From Armatimonadota bacterium (GTDB taxonomy: Bacteria; Armatimonadota; Armatimonadia; Armatimonadales; Armatimonadaceae), in assembly GCA_043754515.1 (NCBI GenBank), contig JAYUUO010000027.1, forward strand, positions 1-58,634: 58,634 nt of DNA. Direction: 5' to 3'. Every line of letters begins with the position of its first letter. The stretch's first letter is position 1. Below, one piece after another: positions 8,969 through 18,872 of the stretch. The position numbers were made by a program, and so were the translations under genes. The notes beneath the pieces are model-generated. The model saw nothing but the letters and a program-made list of their open reading frames with translations. It was not told where the DNA came from and did not search any database.

Positions 8969-10104
8969 GGCGCGGGCGGCGTGAATTTGGCGAGTTCCGC
9001 CTCCGTGGTCGGGGGGACGATCTTCCCATCAATGATCGCGGAACGGAGGGCGGCGATTCGCGCCATCACGGGGGCGGGGACGTCCTGCTTGGTGTACTGC
9101 ATTGCTGACAGACCGACGCCGTCCTCCTTCAAGCCCACCGTGGTCGAACCGCTCTTGAAGTTGCCGCCCGCCGTGTCTTTAACCGCTTGATACACGGCGA
9201 CATCCACGCGCTTGACCATGGAGGTCAGCACGCGTCCCTTCGCTTCGGCGTCCTGGTCCTTGTCAACCCCGACCGCGTAAAAGCCCGCGCCCTTCGACTC
9301 GACCGCCTTGATCACGCCGACGCCGGTCTCGCCCGCCGCGTGGTAGATGATGTCCGCCTTCGCATTCATCTGCGAGAGCGCGAGTTCGCGCCCTTTTTGT
9401 GGGTCGTTGAACGCGTTCGCGTACCCAACCTTCACCTCGGCTTTGGGGTTCGTGGTCTTCACCCCCGCTTTGTAGCCCGCCTCGAACTTCGCGATCAGGG
9501 GCATCTGCTCGCCGCCGACAAATCCGACGACGTTGGTTCTCGTCATCAGGCCCGCGAGCGCGCCGACCAGAAACGAGCCTTGTTCCTCACGGAACTTGTA
9601 CGCCGCGCAGTTGGGGAGCGCGGGCGCGTCGCCGTCAATGATCACGAACTTGACGTCCGGGAAGCGCGGCGCGACCTCCTTCAGCGCGTCCTGCATCTTG
9701 AACCCGACCGCGAAAACGACGTCATAATGAGCCTGCGCGAAGCGGGTCAGGTTGCTCGCATAGTCGGCGTTCGCCTTCGACTCGGAGTACTTGATCTCGG
9801 CACCGAGATCCTTCTGTGACTTCTGCAAGCCCTCGTACGCCATCTGGTTGAATGAGCGGTCATTAACGCCGCCGGTGTCAGTGACCAGACCGGCTTTGAT
9901 CTTCTTCGTGACGGCGGGCACCGCCCCCCCGCCCGCCGGAGACGACGCGACGGACGGGGAGGAGCCGGACGGGGACGCGGCCCCGGTGCCGCCACCCGAC
10001 GGACAACCAGCGAGCAAAGTCGAAACCAGAGCGGCGAGGCCGAGAGCGGTCAAAAAACGGCGGCGGGTAGAGCGGGCGACGGGATTGTTTTGGGAATATG
10101 ACAC
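8965..10104 (-). CDS. BMP-family (nucleoside/purine) ABC substrate-binding lipoprotein
   Basis: DTGGVNDRSFNQ, FREEQGSFLVG, IIYHAAGETG, GVDKDQ, TSMVKRVD; TRRRFL plus lipobox LAGC; GTG start with AAGGA upstream. Confidence 0.93.
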   Translation of the reverse strand: MSYSQNNPVARSTRRRFLTALGLAALVSTLLAGCPSGGGTGAASPSGSSPSVASSPAGGGAVPAVTKKIKAGLVTDTGGVNDRSFNQMAYEGLQKSQKDLGAEIKYSESKANADYASNLTRFAQAHYDVVFAVGFKMQDALKEVAPRFPDVKFVIIDGDAPALPNCAAYKFREEQGSFLVGALAGLMTRTNVVGFVGGEQMPLIAKFEAGYKAGVKTTNPKAEVKVGYANAFNDPQKGRELALSQMNAKADIIYHAAGETGVGVIKAVESKGAGFYAVGVDKDQDAEAKGRVLTSMVKRVDVAVYQAVKDTAGGNFKSGSTTVGLKEDGVGLSAMQYTKQDVPAPVMARIAALRSAIIDGKIVPPTTEAELAKFTPPAP

Positions 10105-10338
10105 CGGACGGAGTTCCTTCGAGCGAGTAAGTTTGATAGATAGTGAACCGTGGCGACGCGACACGCGCGGTTTCCTGGTGCCATGAGAGACACCGCGCGC
10201 CGCGATCATTGTGCGTCATAGTCGGCGGCTTCGCAAAAACGCATCCGCCGCCCGGGATGCCCATGAGTATACAGGCCCAGCTCTATGTTAATGCTGTAGG
10301 CGCGGCTACCACACGGGCATGACACCCCGAATAGCCAA

Positions 10339-11261
10339 CTACAGGGCGAACAGGTCGTTCCACGACTTCGCCACCGAGACGCGCTTGATCAACGCCGGGA
10401 ACTGCTCCCGCGACGGGATGCTTTCCCGTTGCGCGGTGACCTCCGGCGATGGCTCGCCGAGCCGCTCACGCCCGAGCGTGACGATCAGCTCGCGCCCTTC
10501 GCGCAATCGCCCGCGCAATTCCCCCTGCGTAATGCCCTGCGAGATGCCCTGTGCGCGCTCTTTTTCCACCGCCTCCGTATAGGTGCTTGATTCAAACATA
10601 ATCCCGATTCCTTTCAACAGCCGGTTCGTGACCTGACTGGGGTACTTCGCGCCCATCAAGAAATAGGTAGACACCCACAACTCCTGTTGAGTTTCTTTGG
10701 GTTCGGCCCCGATGCGCTCGCGTATACGGGCTATTACCCGTGGCAGCTCGCTCTCCGGTACGTCGGCGATCGGCGCGAGTGGGAGCGTCGCCACCCCACC
10801 TGTTAACAACTCCTCCACGGGCAACCGCCACACATGCACTACCCTGTACTCGAAGCGTAGGTACACCGAGCCGTCCGCATATCTCCGCTCGTAAACACCG
10901 TTCAGCGCGGGGCTGTCGGCCTCCTTGCGCAACAAGAACACCGCACTCCTGACGGGCAAGTCGTACTTATGCGTCAGCGTCACGCTGTATAAAAGTGGCC
11001 ACTCCGCGAGTTTGCTTCCGTGGTGTCCCGTCTCGCATTTCCGATTGAACAGTTCCGGCACCGTGCCGCCCTCAGTAGCACGCGGTCGGCTTGCGGCACC
11101 AGCGTGGCTAGATCGGCGTCAATGACCTCTACCGGCGTGGCCCCCGCATCTGTTACGCCGATCAGCGCGAGCCAGTCCTCCGGATGCACGGCGATCAGGT
11201 ACCTCCCGATCACGTCGCACGGCTTTTCGGACAGTGGCTTCGGCGGCGTGGCTTGCTCCAT
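10339..11261 (-). pseudogene. Frameshifted Rpn/YhgA-like (PD-(D/E)XK-related) protein
   Basis: N-terminal ORF 10980..11261 (PEDWLALIG...DADLATL..ADRVL) joins ORF 10339..11061 (YRVVHVWRLP...PLAPIA...ESSTY...QGI repeats) through a frameshift near 11070; the core motif looks eroded. Confidence 0.72.
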
Positions 11262-11330
11262 ACGCTAGAGTATATCCGGTTTTCAAGCCGCCCTGCCGTG
11301 AACATTCTCCGGTGCTTGGCGCGGACGCGG

Positions 11331-12461
11331 CTACAGGGCCAGGTACTCGCGTAGCTCGCGGACGCGGGCACGGGCGTAGTTGCGCCCCTCGATCCGCAAA
11401 TCGTCCGCGACGGCGGGGACCGGCTCGGTGTCGTGCAGGTTCGCGATGCCGTACTGCTCGGCGTACGCGGCCGGCACCTGGTCCGATAGCGTGATGCCCG
11501 CCGCGTGGGCCATCACCAGCGTCCAGAGCCGCGCCACCGTCCGAATGTTGTAGCCGCCGCCGCCGGTAACAACGACCGGCTTGCCCGCCGCGATCTTAAA
11601 CAGCTTCTCGACCGCCCGCATCCAGCCCCGCGACGAGAGCATCAGGTGGGCGAGCGGGTCGGCGAAATGCGCGTCCGCGCCGAACTGGAAGACGTACGCG
11701 TCGGCGTTAAATCGCGCCAGCACGTCCGGAATCACGGCGTCGAACCCCTCGTGCCAGACGTCGTCGCCGGTATACCGATAGAACGGCAGGTTGACGGAGG
11801 AGCCTTCCGCACCCGGCCCGCCGATCTCGGACGGGTACCCCGTGCCGGGGTACAGCGACTGCCCCGACTCGTGGAGCGAAACGGTCAACACGCGCGGATC
11901 ATTGTAGAAACAGGCCTGTACGCCGTCCCCGTGGTGCGCGTCAATATCAATATATGCGACCCGCGCGCACCCGCCGCGTAGAAGTTCGTGAATACCGATG
12001 GCACAGTCGTTGAACGTGCAGAAGCCGGACGCGTGGTCGGGGTGCGCGTGGTGCAGGCCGCCCGCGACGTTGAACGCCGCGTCGTAGCCGCCCAGAACGA
12101 GCCGCGCCGCGTCCACGGTGCCGCCGCAATAGAGCCGCGCCGCGTCGAACATGCCGGGGAAGGCGGGGGTGTCACCCGGCCCCACGCCAAACTTGCGCAG
12201 GTACGACGTTGACTGTGGCACATCGCTTCCCGCCTTTTGCACAGCATCCACGAACTCCCCTGTGTGGACTTCGAGCAGGGCGTCCTCGGTGCAGGGGGTC
12301 GGCTCGATCCACTCGACCGCGCCGCCATTCGTGTCGAGAACGCCGTACGCGCCGAGGAGACGATACACCATCTGCAACCGTTTCTGCTGGAGCGGGTGAT
12401 CGTCGCGCAGGTTGTAGGTCAGGTAATCGTCGGTATAAAGGAAGGCTGTTTTCGGGTTCAC
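11331..12461 (-). CDS. acuC: Zn-dependent lysine deacetylase, AcuC/HDAC family
   Basis: AGGLHHAH...ASGFC.FND, YIDIDAHHGDGVQ, SLHE...PGTG, GADAH..DPL, GGGGY. TAGAAT sits 6 nt before the GTG, so the mRNA is probably leaderless. Confidence 0.9.
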   Translation of the reverse strand: MNPKTAFLYTDDYLTYNLRDDHPLQQKRLQMVYRLLGAYGVLDTNGGAVEWIEPTPCTEDALLEVHTGEFVDAVQKAGSDVPQSTSYLRKFGVGPGDTPAFPGMFDAARLYCGGTVDAARLVLGGYDAAFNVAGGLHHAHPDHASGFCTFNDCAIGIHELLRGGCARVAYIDIDAHHGDGVQACFYNDPRVLTVSLHESGQSLYPGTGYPSEIGGPGAEGSSVNLPFYRYTGDDVWHEGFDAVIPDVLARFNADAYVFQFGADAHFADPLAHLMLSSRGWMRAVEKLFKIAAGKPVVVTGGGGYNIRTVARLWTLVMAHAAGITLSDQVPAAYAEQYGIANLHDTEPVPAVADDLRIEGRNYARARVRELREYLAL

Positions 12462-12609
12462 GGGATCATTCTACCCGGTTCTTGCTTCACCCCGTAGCGC
12501 GCGCGAGCTCGCCTCCCGGTCGCGGATGTCATCCCCCGAACCGGGGGAAGGAAAAGCGCGGATTGCGCGTATAATAGGGTACCAACCCCGTTTGTAGGAG
12601 ACAGTAACT

Positions 12610-14544
12610 GTGGCTGATGCCCCCCCGACCGTTGACGTTGAACTCGAAAACCTGATCCGCGCCCGCTACCCCCTGATCTACATCGTATCCTGGGAGGAGA
12701 AGCGCGTTGAGGAAAGCATACGTGAGGTTTGTCAGAGGCGCGGCAAAAAGATGATCGTCTGGACGTTCACCACCGGCATGGCGGGGAACCTGGCGTCGAA
12801 AGACCCGATCGCCGCCCTGGATTACGTGATCAACGCCCCTGACCAGACCGTGTTCGTCCTTAAAGACTTTCACCCCTTTATCGGCGACGTCGCGGTGACG
12901 CGGCGATTACGCGATCTCGTCTACGCTCTGAAGCAGTCTTACAAGACGGTGGTGCTCCTGTCGCCGCTTCTCAAACTGCCGCCCGAACTGGAGAAGGAGA
13001 TAACCGTCGTTGACTACCAGTTGCCCACGATCGGCGACCTGGATCGCTTGCTAGAAAGCATCATCCAGTCTGTTCGCGGGGACAACCGGATCAGCGTCGC
13101 GCTGACCCCGCTGGAGCGCGAGCAGGTGCTTAAAGCGGCGTCGGGTCTCACCTCGATTGAGGCAGAGAACGTCTTCGCTAAATCGCTGGTCGAAAAACGC
13201 CGCTTCGATATTGACGTCATCCTGGGTGAGAAGGAGCAGATCATCCGCAAGTCGGGGATCCTGGAATACTTCCGCGCCTCGGACTCGTTCGCGGATGTCG
13301 GCGGCATGGACCTGCTCAAAGGCTGGATGGAGCAGCGCACGACGTCGTTCAACGAGGACGCTAAGAAATATGGTTTGCCCGAGCCGAAGGGCATCTTGCT
13401 CCTCGGCGTGCAGGGTTGCGGCAAGTCTCTCATCGCGAAGTCCATCGCGTCGCTGTGGCGTTTACCCCTCTTGCGCCTCGACGTAGGCAAGATATTCGCG
13501 GGTATTGTCGGCTCATCGGAAGAAAATATGCGGAAAGCAATAGCGACGGCGGAATCGGTTTCGCCGGCTATTTTATGGCTCGATGAACTGGAGAAAGGGT
13601 TCGCCGGGACGCAATCTTCGCCGTTCTCGGACGGCGGAACGACCAGCCGGGTCTTCGGGACGTTTATCACCTGGCTTCAGGATAAGAAGGCGGCGTGTTT
13701 CGTCGTGGCAACCTCGAACGACGTTTCGCAGCTACCGCCCGAACTGATGCGCAAGGGGCGGTTCGACGAGATCTTCTTCGTGGATCTGCCCGCCGCGCCG
13801 GAGCGGCGCGAGATCTTCGCGATTCACCTGCGGAAGCGGGGGCGGGACGCGACCAGGTTCGACCTGGACCGGCTGGCGAAGATGGCGGCGGGCTACTCGG
13901 GGGCGGAGATCGAGCAGGTAGTGGTCGCGGCACTTTTCAATGCGTATAACGACGGCAAGCGCGAGATCGGGGACGAGGACATGGTGCAGTCCATGCACGA
14001 CTCGGTGCCGCTTTCGGTGACGATGCAGGAGGGGATTCAGAAGCTACGGGAGTGGGCTGCCACGCGGGCGCGGCCTTCGTCGTCCACCACGGTGGAGCCG
14101 ATGGACGAGTGGATGGAGACGCAGGATTTCGCGCGGGCGACGGGCGCGCTGGCGATGCGCGAGCGGCGTCTGCCCAGCGCGGTGTTGCCGCAACCGAGCG
14201 ACTTCGGGATCGTGGAGGCGCCGTCGCCGTACCTGATTGAGGACGATACGGACGACGTCGAGGACGAGGCGACGGCGTCGTTCAACGCGCTTTCGGAGCG
14301 GCTGGCGATGCTGGAGGCGAAGACGTCTACGGGCCTCGGGACGATCATGAGCGAGACGCAGAACCTGGATAGGCCACGCAAATCGGTGCCGAAGCCGCCG
14401 GTGATGGACGCGCCGGTGCCGAAGTCGGCGAAGAACGCGAAGAATCCGGGGGCGGGGGACGCGGGGGGGCCGAAGGGCGCGGGGGGTGACGCGGCGGGCG
14501 CGGCTCCGGCTCTCACGGGTGACGCGGCGGGGGTGACTCCGTGA
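12610..14544 (+). CDS. Ycf46-like AAA+ ATPase with a low-complexity C-terminal tail
   Basis: GVQGCGKS Walker A, LWLDELEK Walker [21 protein letters not shown]; degenerate N-terminal AAA domain. Confidence 0.92.
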   Translation: MADAPPTVDVELENLIRARYPLIYIVSWEEKRVEESIREVCQRRGKKMIVWTFTTGMAGNLASKDPIAALDYVINAPDQTVFVLKDFHPFIGDVAVTRRLRDLVYALKQSYKTVVLLSPLLKLPPELEKEITVVDYQLPTIGDLDRLLESIIQSVRGDNRISVALTPLEREQVLKAASGLTSIEAENVFAKSLVEKRRFDIDVILGEKEQIIRKSGILEYFRASDSFADVGGMDLLKGWMEQRTTSFNEDAKKYGLPEPKGILLLGVQGCGKSLIAKSIASLWRLPLLRLDVGKIFAGIVGSSEENMRKAIATAESVSPAILWLDELEKGFAGTQSSPFSDGGTTSRVFGTFITWLQDKKAACFVVATSNDVSQLPPELMRKGRFDEIFFVDLPAAPERREIFAIHLRKRGRDATRFDLDRLAKMAAGYSGAEIEQVVVAALFNAYNDGKREIGDEDMVQSMHDSVPLSVTMQEGIQKLREWAATRARPSSSTTVEPMDEWMETQDFARATGALAMRERRLPSAVLPQPSDFGIVEAPSPYLIEDDTDDVEDEATASFNALSERLAMLEAKTSTGLGTIMSETQNLDRPRKSVPKPPVMDAPVPKSAKNAKNPGAGDAGGPKGAGGDAAGAAPALTGDAAGVTP

Positions 14545-15590
14545 CGGACGAAACCGCGCCGACCGCCGATGCTTTCGGAGCCATGGACGCTTCCGGGGTT
14601 GTTCGCTCTCGCCCCGCCGGGGGGGAAGGTCCACGCCCCGCGTCTGTTTTATCGGGCGGCGTTGCGGCGGGGGACGTGGCCGCGAATGGCGCGGCGGGGC
14701 TGTCGGCGGCGTTCCGCGAGGTCGAGGCGACGCTGAGTGGTGGGGTGCTGGGGGTTTGCGCGACGGCCGATGGGGTGTCATGGGTGACATACAACGCGGA
14801 CGTGTCGTTCCCGACGGCTAGCACGATCAAGGCGGCTATCGTGGCGGAACTGCTGGCGCGGGTGGAGGACGGAGCGGTGAGTCTGGGTACGCGGGTGGAG
14901 ATCGGGGCGGCGGATTTCGTGGCGGGGTCGGGGGTGCTGGCGGGGCTGGAACCGGGGCATTCGTTCACGTTGGGGGAACTGGCGCGGCTAGCGATTTCGG
15001 TGTCAGATAACACGGCGTCGAACGTGGTGCTGGCGGCGGTGGGCGGGCCGGAGTCGGTGAACCGCCGGATGCGGGGCGAGTGGGGGATGACGGGCACGGT
15101 GATCCATCGCCCGATCCGGTTTCATGTCGGGGCGGGCGATCCGCCGCACACGGCGACGGGGACGCCCGCCGACATGTGCCGTTTTATGTGGGCGGTGGCG
15201 ACGGGGACGCTGCATTCGCCGGGGGTGAGTTCGGCGGTGATGGGGCTGCTGGCGATGTGCGACGATACGGAGATGTTGCCGCGCTACCTCGACGTGAACG
15301 CGTTTGCGGGCGATCTGGATGTCGCCGCGCCGCCGCTACGTGTGTTCCACAAGCCAGGGGCTGTGACGGGGGTTCGGAACGACGCCGGGGTTGTTCTGGC
15401 CGGCGGGGGGAGCAATTTATTAATTTCTTCGAGTTCCGTGTGCGGGGCTTCTTCGGGCGGTGGGGCTTCGGGGGTTGCTCTTTCGGTGTATACGAAGGGG
15501 ATCGGGGACGGGCGTTGGACGGCGGCGAATGTGGGTTGCGAGGCGGTGGCGCGGGTTTCGAGGTTGCTGGTTTCGTATTTTATGGGGTAG
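14541..15590 (+). CDS. Serine hydrolase, class A beta-lactamase-like (Beta-lactamase2) fold
   Basis: FPTASTIK (SxxK), SDN, HKPG, RNDAGVV; GTGA overlap with the AAA gene. Confidence 0.85.
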   Translation: MTDETAPTADAFGAMDASGVVRSRPAGGEGPRPASVLSGGVAAGDVAANGAAGLSAAFREVEATLSGGVLGVCATADGVSWVTYNADVSFPTASTIKAAIVAELLARVEDGAVSLGTRVEIGAADFVAGSGVLAGLEPGHSFTLGELARLAISVSDNTASNVVLAAVGGPESVNRRMRGEWGMTGTVIHRPIRFHVGAGDPPHTATGTPADMCRFMWAVATGTLHSPGVSSAVMGLLAMCDDTEMLPRYLDVNAFAGDLDVAAPPLRVFHKPGAVTGVRNDAGVVLAGGGSNLLISSSSVCGASSGGGASGVALSVYTKGIGDGRWTAANVGCEAVARVSRLLVSYFMG

Positions 15591-15620
15591 GTGCGCTTGT
15601 TTCTGCCCGGCCCCGTTTTG

Positions 15621-15665
15621 CCCTCACCCCCCAGCCCCCTCTCTCGCTGCGCTGGGACAGGGGGA
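15621..15665 (+). repeat. CCCTCACCCC..CCCCTCTC..AGGGG palindromic intergenic element
   Basis: ccctcaccccccagccccctctctcgctgcgctgggacaggggga; a weaker copy lies at 33054-33086. Confidence 0.55.
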
Positions 15666-15693
15666 ATTGATTCGTACCGTGTGCGAAACCCGC

Positions 15694-17580
15694 TCACTCG
15701 TGGTCGTTCCGCATCCAGGAGGGCGGGGGTGGGGTGCGGCCTTGCTCCAGCACGACGGTGGTGCCACCCGCGCCCGTGAGCAGGTAGACGCGGTCGCAGG
15801 TGCGGTGCATCAGGAACATCCCCTGCCCGAACCCGCCGGTGGTCCAGCCGCGCTCCACGGCGCGGTGGATCAGATGCTCGGCGATGCCGTCGCCCTCGTC
15901 GCGCACCCATATTTGCACCGTGCCCTTTTCGGCGTCGGCATGCACGACCCCGACCCCGTTTCGGGCGTGGCGTATCGCGTTCATACCCGCCTCGCCGACC
16001 GCCGTTTCGAGATCCTGGACCCGCTCGTCGTCGAAGCGTAGGGTCGCGGCGGCGGCGAGAACCTGTTTTCGGAGGGCGCGTACCGTGGCCGGGGCGAGGG
16101 TGACGGGTGGGAACGCTTCGGGAAGCGGCGCGGGCAGGTCGGCTTCCGAGTCACACAGGCGGAGCCGCCCTTCCGTCATTCCGAACAGCATCTCTTTCAG
16201 AAACGTGCGCTGGCGGGCGGCGGCTTCCTTCTCAGCGGAAATGTCGCGGCACACCCCTACGATTTTAAGCGGCTTATTCGTGGCGACGTCGCGCCGGATG
16301 GTGGCGAGTGCCGACACCCAGCGCACCGTTTCGCTGTCGGGCCATACCGCGCGGTACGTCATCTCGTACCGCGCCGTGGAGCCGCTCAGGGCGGCGGCGA
16401 ACGCGGTGGCGACCGGCACGCGGTCCTCGGGGTGTATCCAATTCACCCATTCGTCGCCTACGATGGTAAGCACGCTTTCGCCCGGCGGGGGGTGCCTGCC
16501 GAAGAGCGAGGCGGTGTAGGCGTCGAGTGTGTTCACCGCCTTTTCCGGCGTCAGGTCAATGCTCCACGTGCCCAGCCCCGCGACGCCGACCGCGAGACGG
16601 AACCGCTCGGCACTCTCCGCCTGCTCGCGCCGCAGACTGGCGTTGTAGACAGCTAGCCGCGCACGCTCCGCGACCTCGAAGAGTAGTTCGCGGTCTGCTT
16701 TCGACCAGGAGCGCGGGGTAGCGTGGTTCAGAACCAGTGCGGAGACCCATTTCCCGTCGCGCATGATCGGGACGGCGGCGTAGGCGCGGATGCCGAGATG
16801 CGCATAGGCGACGCGGTTTTCGGGCGGTATGCGTGGATCGGCGAGTACGTCCTCGCTCTGGACGAACAGCCCCGCCTGGAGCGAGGCGAATACGTCTCGC
16901 CCGAACGAGATCTCGGGGAATGTCATGCCCGCGAGACTCGCCATGCCGTCCCGCGCGAAGTCGCGGTAGACCGTGAGTGCCGCCGCTTCGGTGTCGCCGC
17001 CCGTCACCTCCGCGAACAAGGCGCGGCTCGCTCCGGTAAAATCGCCGACCATCCGCGCCGACTCGTACAAGATCGCGTCGGCATCGGATAGGGAGCGCAC
17101 GCACTCGGAAAGGTCTGACAGTAGTCGTTCCCGGCGCACGGCGAGGGTGCGCTCGATCTCGCGGGTTTTGCGCTCAGAGATGTCGTTGTAGGTCGCTATT
17201 GCCACCACGGACATCCCGTTCTCATCGCGGAGCGGGGCGGCACTGACGGAGAGCCACACGAGTTCGCCGTCGTCCCCGCGGTACAGCATCTCGTGGTCGC
17301 GCACGGCCGCGTCGTGGAGAATGGCGCGCGCTAACGGATAGTCGGTCAGTGCGTACGGGCGCAGGGGACTTCCCGCGCTATCCGTGTGCAGTCCGCCCAA
17401 CCCGGCGTATTCGGCCAGGTCGGACAGCGCGAGGGCCGCGCGACCGAGCAGAGTGGCCGCATTCTGGTTCTGGTAGATGATTTCGCCGGAGGGGATTTGG
17501 GCGAGCACGACGCCGTAGGGCATCGCTTCGAGAGCCGCCGCAAGCATCCCGCTCCCGCGCGGCAGGTGTAGCGCGGCCAT
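15694..17580 (-). CDS. PAS-GAF-PAS sensor with a C-terminal RsbW/SpoIIAB-type HATPase
   Basis: PAS/PAC (WLSVSAAPLRD), GAF (RAYAAVPI...PRSWS), PAS_3 (IHPEDR), AVGEAGMNAIRHA, DEGDGI, GFGQG; start uncertain. Confidence 0.85.
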   Translation of the reverse strand: MAALHLPRGSGMLAAALEAMPYGVVLAQIPSGEIIYQNQNAATLLGRAALALSDLAEYAGLGGLHTDSAGSPLRPYALTDYPLARAILHDAAVRDHEMLYRGDDGELVWLSVSAAPLRDENGMSVVAIATYNDISERKTREIERTLAVRRERLLSDLSECVRSLSDADAILYESARMVGDFTGASRALFAEVTGGDTEAAALTVYRDFARDGMASLAGMTFPEISFGRDVFASLQAGLFVQSEDVLADPRIPPENRVAYAHLGIRAYAAVPIMRDGKWVSALVLNHATPRSWSKADRELLFEVAERARLAVYNASLRREQAESAERFRLAVGVAGLGTWSIDLTPEKAVNTLDAYTASLFGRHPPPGESVLTIVGDEWVNWIHPEDRVPVATAFAAALSGSTARYEMTYRAVWPDSETVRWVSALATIRRDVATNKPLKIVGVCRDISAEKEAAARQRTFLKEMLFGMTEGRLRLCDSEADLPAPLPEAFPPVTLAPATVRALRKQVLAAAATLRFDDERVQDLETAVGEAGMNAIRHARNGVGVVHADAEKGTVQIWVRDEGDGIAEHLIHRAVERGWTTGGFGQGMFLMHRTCDRVYLLTGAGGTTVVLEQGRTPPPPSWMRNDHE

Positions 17581-17899
17581 CGCGGCCCCGCGCTTCTTGT
17601 CCGGCGGCACGTCGTGCTCCCCACCCCCGCCAACTTCATGATTGATGGTTTTAGCGTGTGGCAATTCTGATGCTCGCTTCTGTGTGACGCGTTGCCGGGA
17701 GTCGCGAGCGCGTCGCGCACAATATACCACATTTGGCAGTGGAAACGAAACAAGGAAGTCTTAGGCGGGACGATCGCATCTGTATCATAGTCGCCTTGAT
17801 TTCGCACGGATTAGCCGACGCGGGTTTCGCGTCCACCCGCGTCGGCACGCGAGTGTTCGCCGTGCGTCGTGGTCACGCGGGTTTCGCCCCGCGTGCCGA

Positions 17900-18397
17900 T
17901 TAATCTACCCGCGTGACTTTGCCCGTTTGGACGTCGTAGATAGCACCGCTGATGGGGATATTTTTGGGGATCAGGGGCGATTCGCGCAGGGTTTTGAGGT
18001 CATCGCGCACGCTCTGAGCGAGGTCGGTGAACGGCAGGAAGTCGCGCCCTGGCTCTACGTCCACGCCGAGGTCGGTTTTGATTTTGGCGGTGAGTTGCTG
18101 GTTGGTGAAGGTGACCATGCCGCAGTCGGTGTGGTGCATGACGACGATTTCGGTGGTGCCGAGGAGCCGTTCGGAGATCACGAGGGAGCGGATGGCGTCT
18201 TCGGAGACGCGCCCCCCGGCGTTTCGGATCATGTGGGCGTCGCCGATGGCGAGTCCGAGCGCGGTTTCGGGGTGGATGCGCGCGTCCATGCAGGTGACGA
18301 CGGCGACGTGTCGGGCAGGTGGCATGGGGAGTTCGCCGCTATGGAATGTGGCGGCGAATTGTTCGTTGGCGGTCAGGAATCGGTCGAATTCGGACAT
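17900..18397 (-). CDS. Beta-class carbonic anhydrase
   Basis: TCMDAR, IRNAGGR, HHTDCGM, YDVQTG. Confidence 0.95.
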   Translation of the reverse strand: MSEFDRFLTANEQFAATFHSGELPMPPARHVAVVTCMDARIHPETALGLAIGDAHMIRNAGGRVSEDAIRSLVISERLLGTTEIVVMHHTDCGMVTFTNQQLTAKIKTDLGVDVEPGRDFLPFTDLAQSVRDDLKTLRESPLIPKNIPISGAIYDVQTGKVTRVD

Positions 18398-18564
18398 GGG
18401 TTCAGGTGCCTTTCGTGACCCGGTGGTTTGATTGTCGGGTTCACTGATAGGGTTATACCTGATTCGTGTTGGGGTTCAGGAATCCGTTCGGTGGTCAGGG
18501 GAGGCACATAAATCGGAGTTGAGTTATGAGGAACTTGGTGCTCGCTTCAAATAGGGAAACGGGA

Positions 18565-18608
18565 AGGCCCGCTATGATCCGTTGGATGATTCGGGTAATA
18601 GCGGGCCT
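18565..18608 (-). terminator. Hairpin after the prepilin-like operon
   Basis: aggcccgctat ... atagcgggcct inverted repeat. Confidence 0.55.
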
Positions 18609-18623
18609 GACCATAAGCGGGTG

Positions 18624-18863
18624 TTACTCGTTCTCGTGTTTACTCAGGGGTTGCTTCGTGACCCCGGCGGACGCCGAGTCGGTGGGCACCGGCTTAGCGG
18701 GTTTTGACGCGGACCCTCTCGCCTCGGCGGGTACGTAGCTCGTTTGCACGGTTTCTTTCGGCGCCGCCATCCGCATCATGAATGCGATGGCCATAACAAT
18801 GACGGCTACCGCGCCCGTCACGAGTACGGCAACCGGTATTTTAGGCTTCTCTTCTTGTTGCAT
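18624..18863 (-). CDS. Small single-TM protein paired with the prepilin-like gene
   Basis: AAGGAG overlaps the upstream stop; one hydrophobic helix. Confidence 0.7.
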   Translation of the reverse strand: MQQEEKPKIPVAVLVTGAVAVIVMAIAFMMRMAAPKETVQTSYVPAEARGSASKPAKPVPTDSASAGVTKQPLSKHENE

Positions 18864-18872
18864 CGCGTCTCC

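Noticed and set aside
10105..10270. Purine-type riboswitch upstream of the BMP gene
   Set aside because: Hairpins exist, but I could not match any known aptamer consensus or find a terminator.
14541..15590. Bona fide class A beta-lactamase resistance gene
   Set aside because: There is no signal peptide, KPG replaces KTG, and no clear Glu166 omega-loop motif is visible; only the fold is supported.
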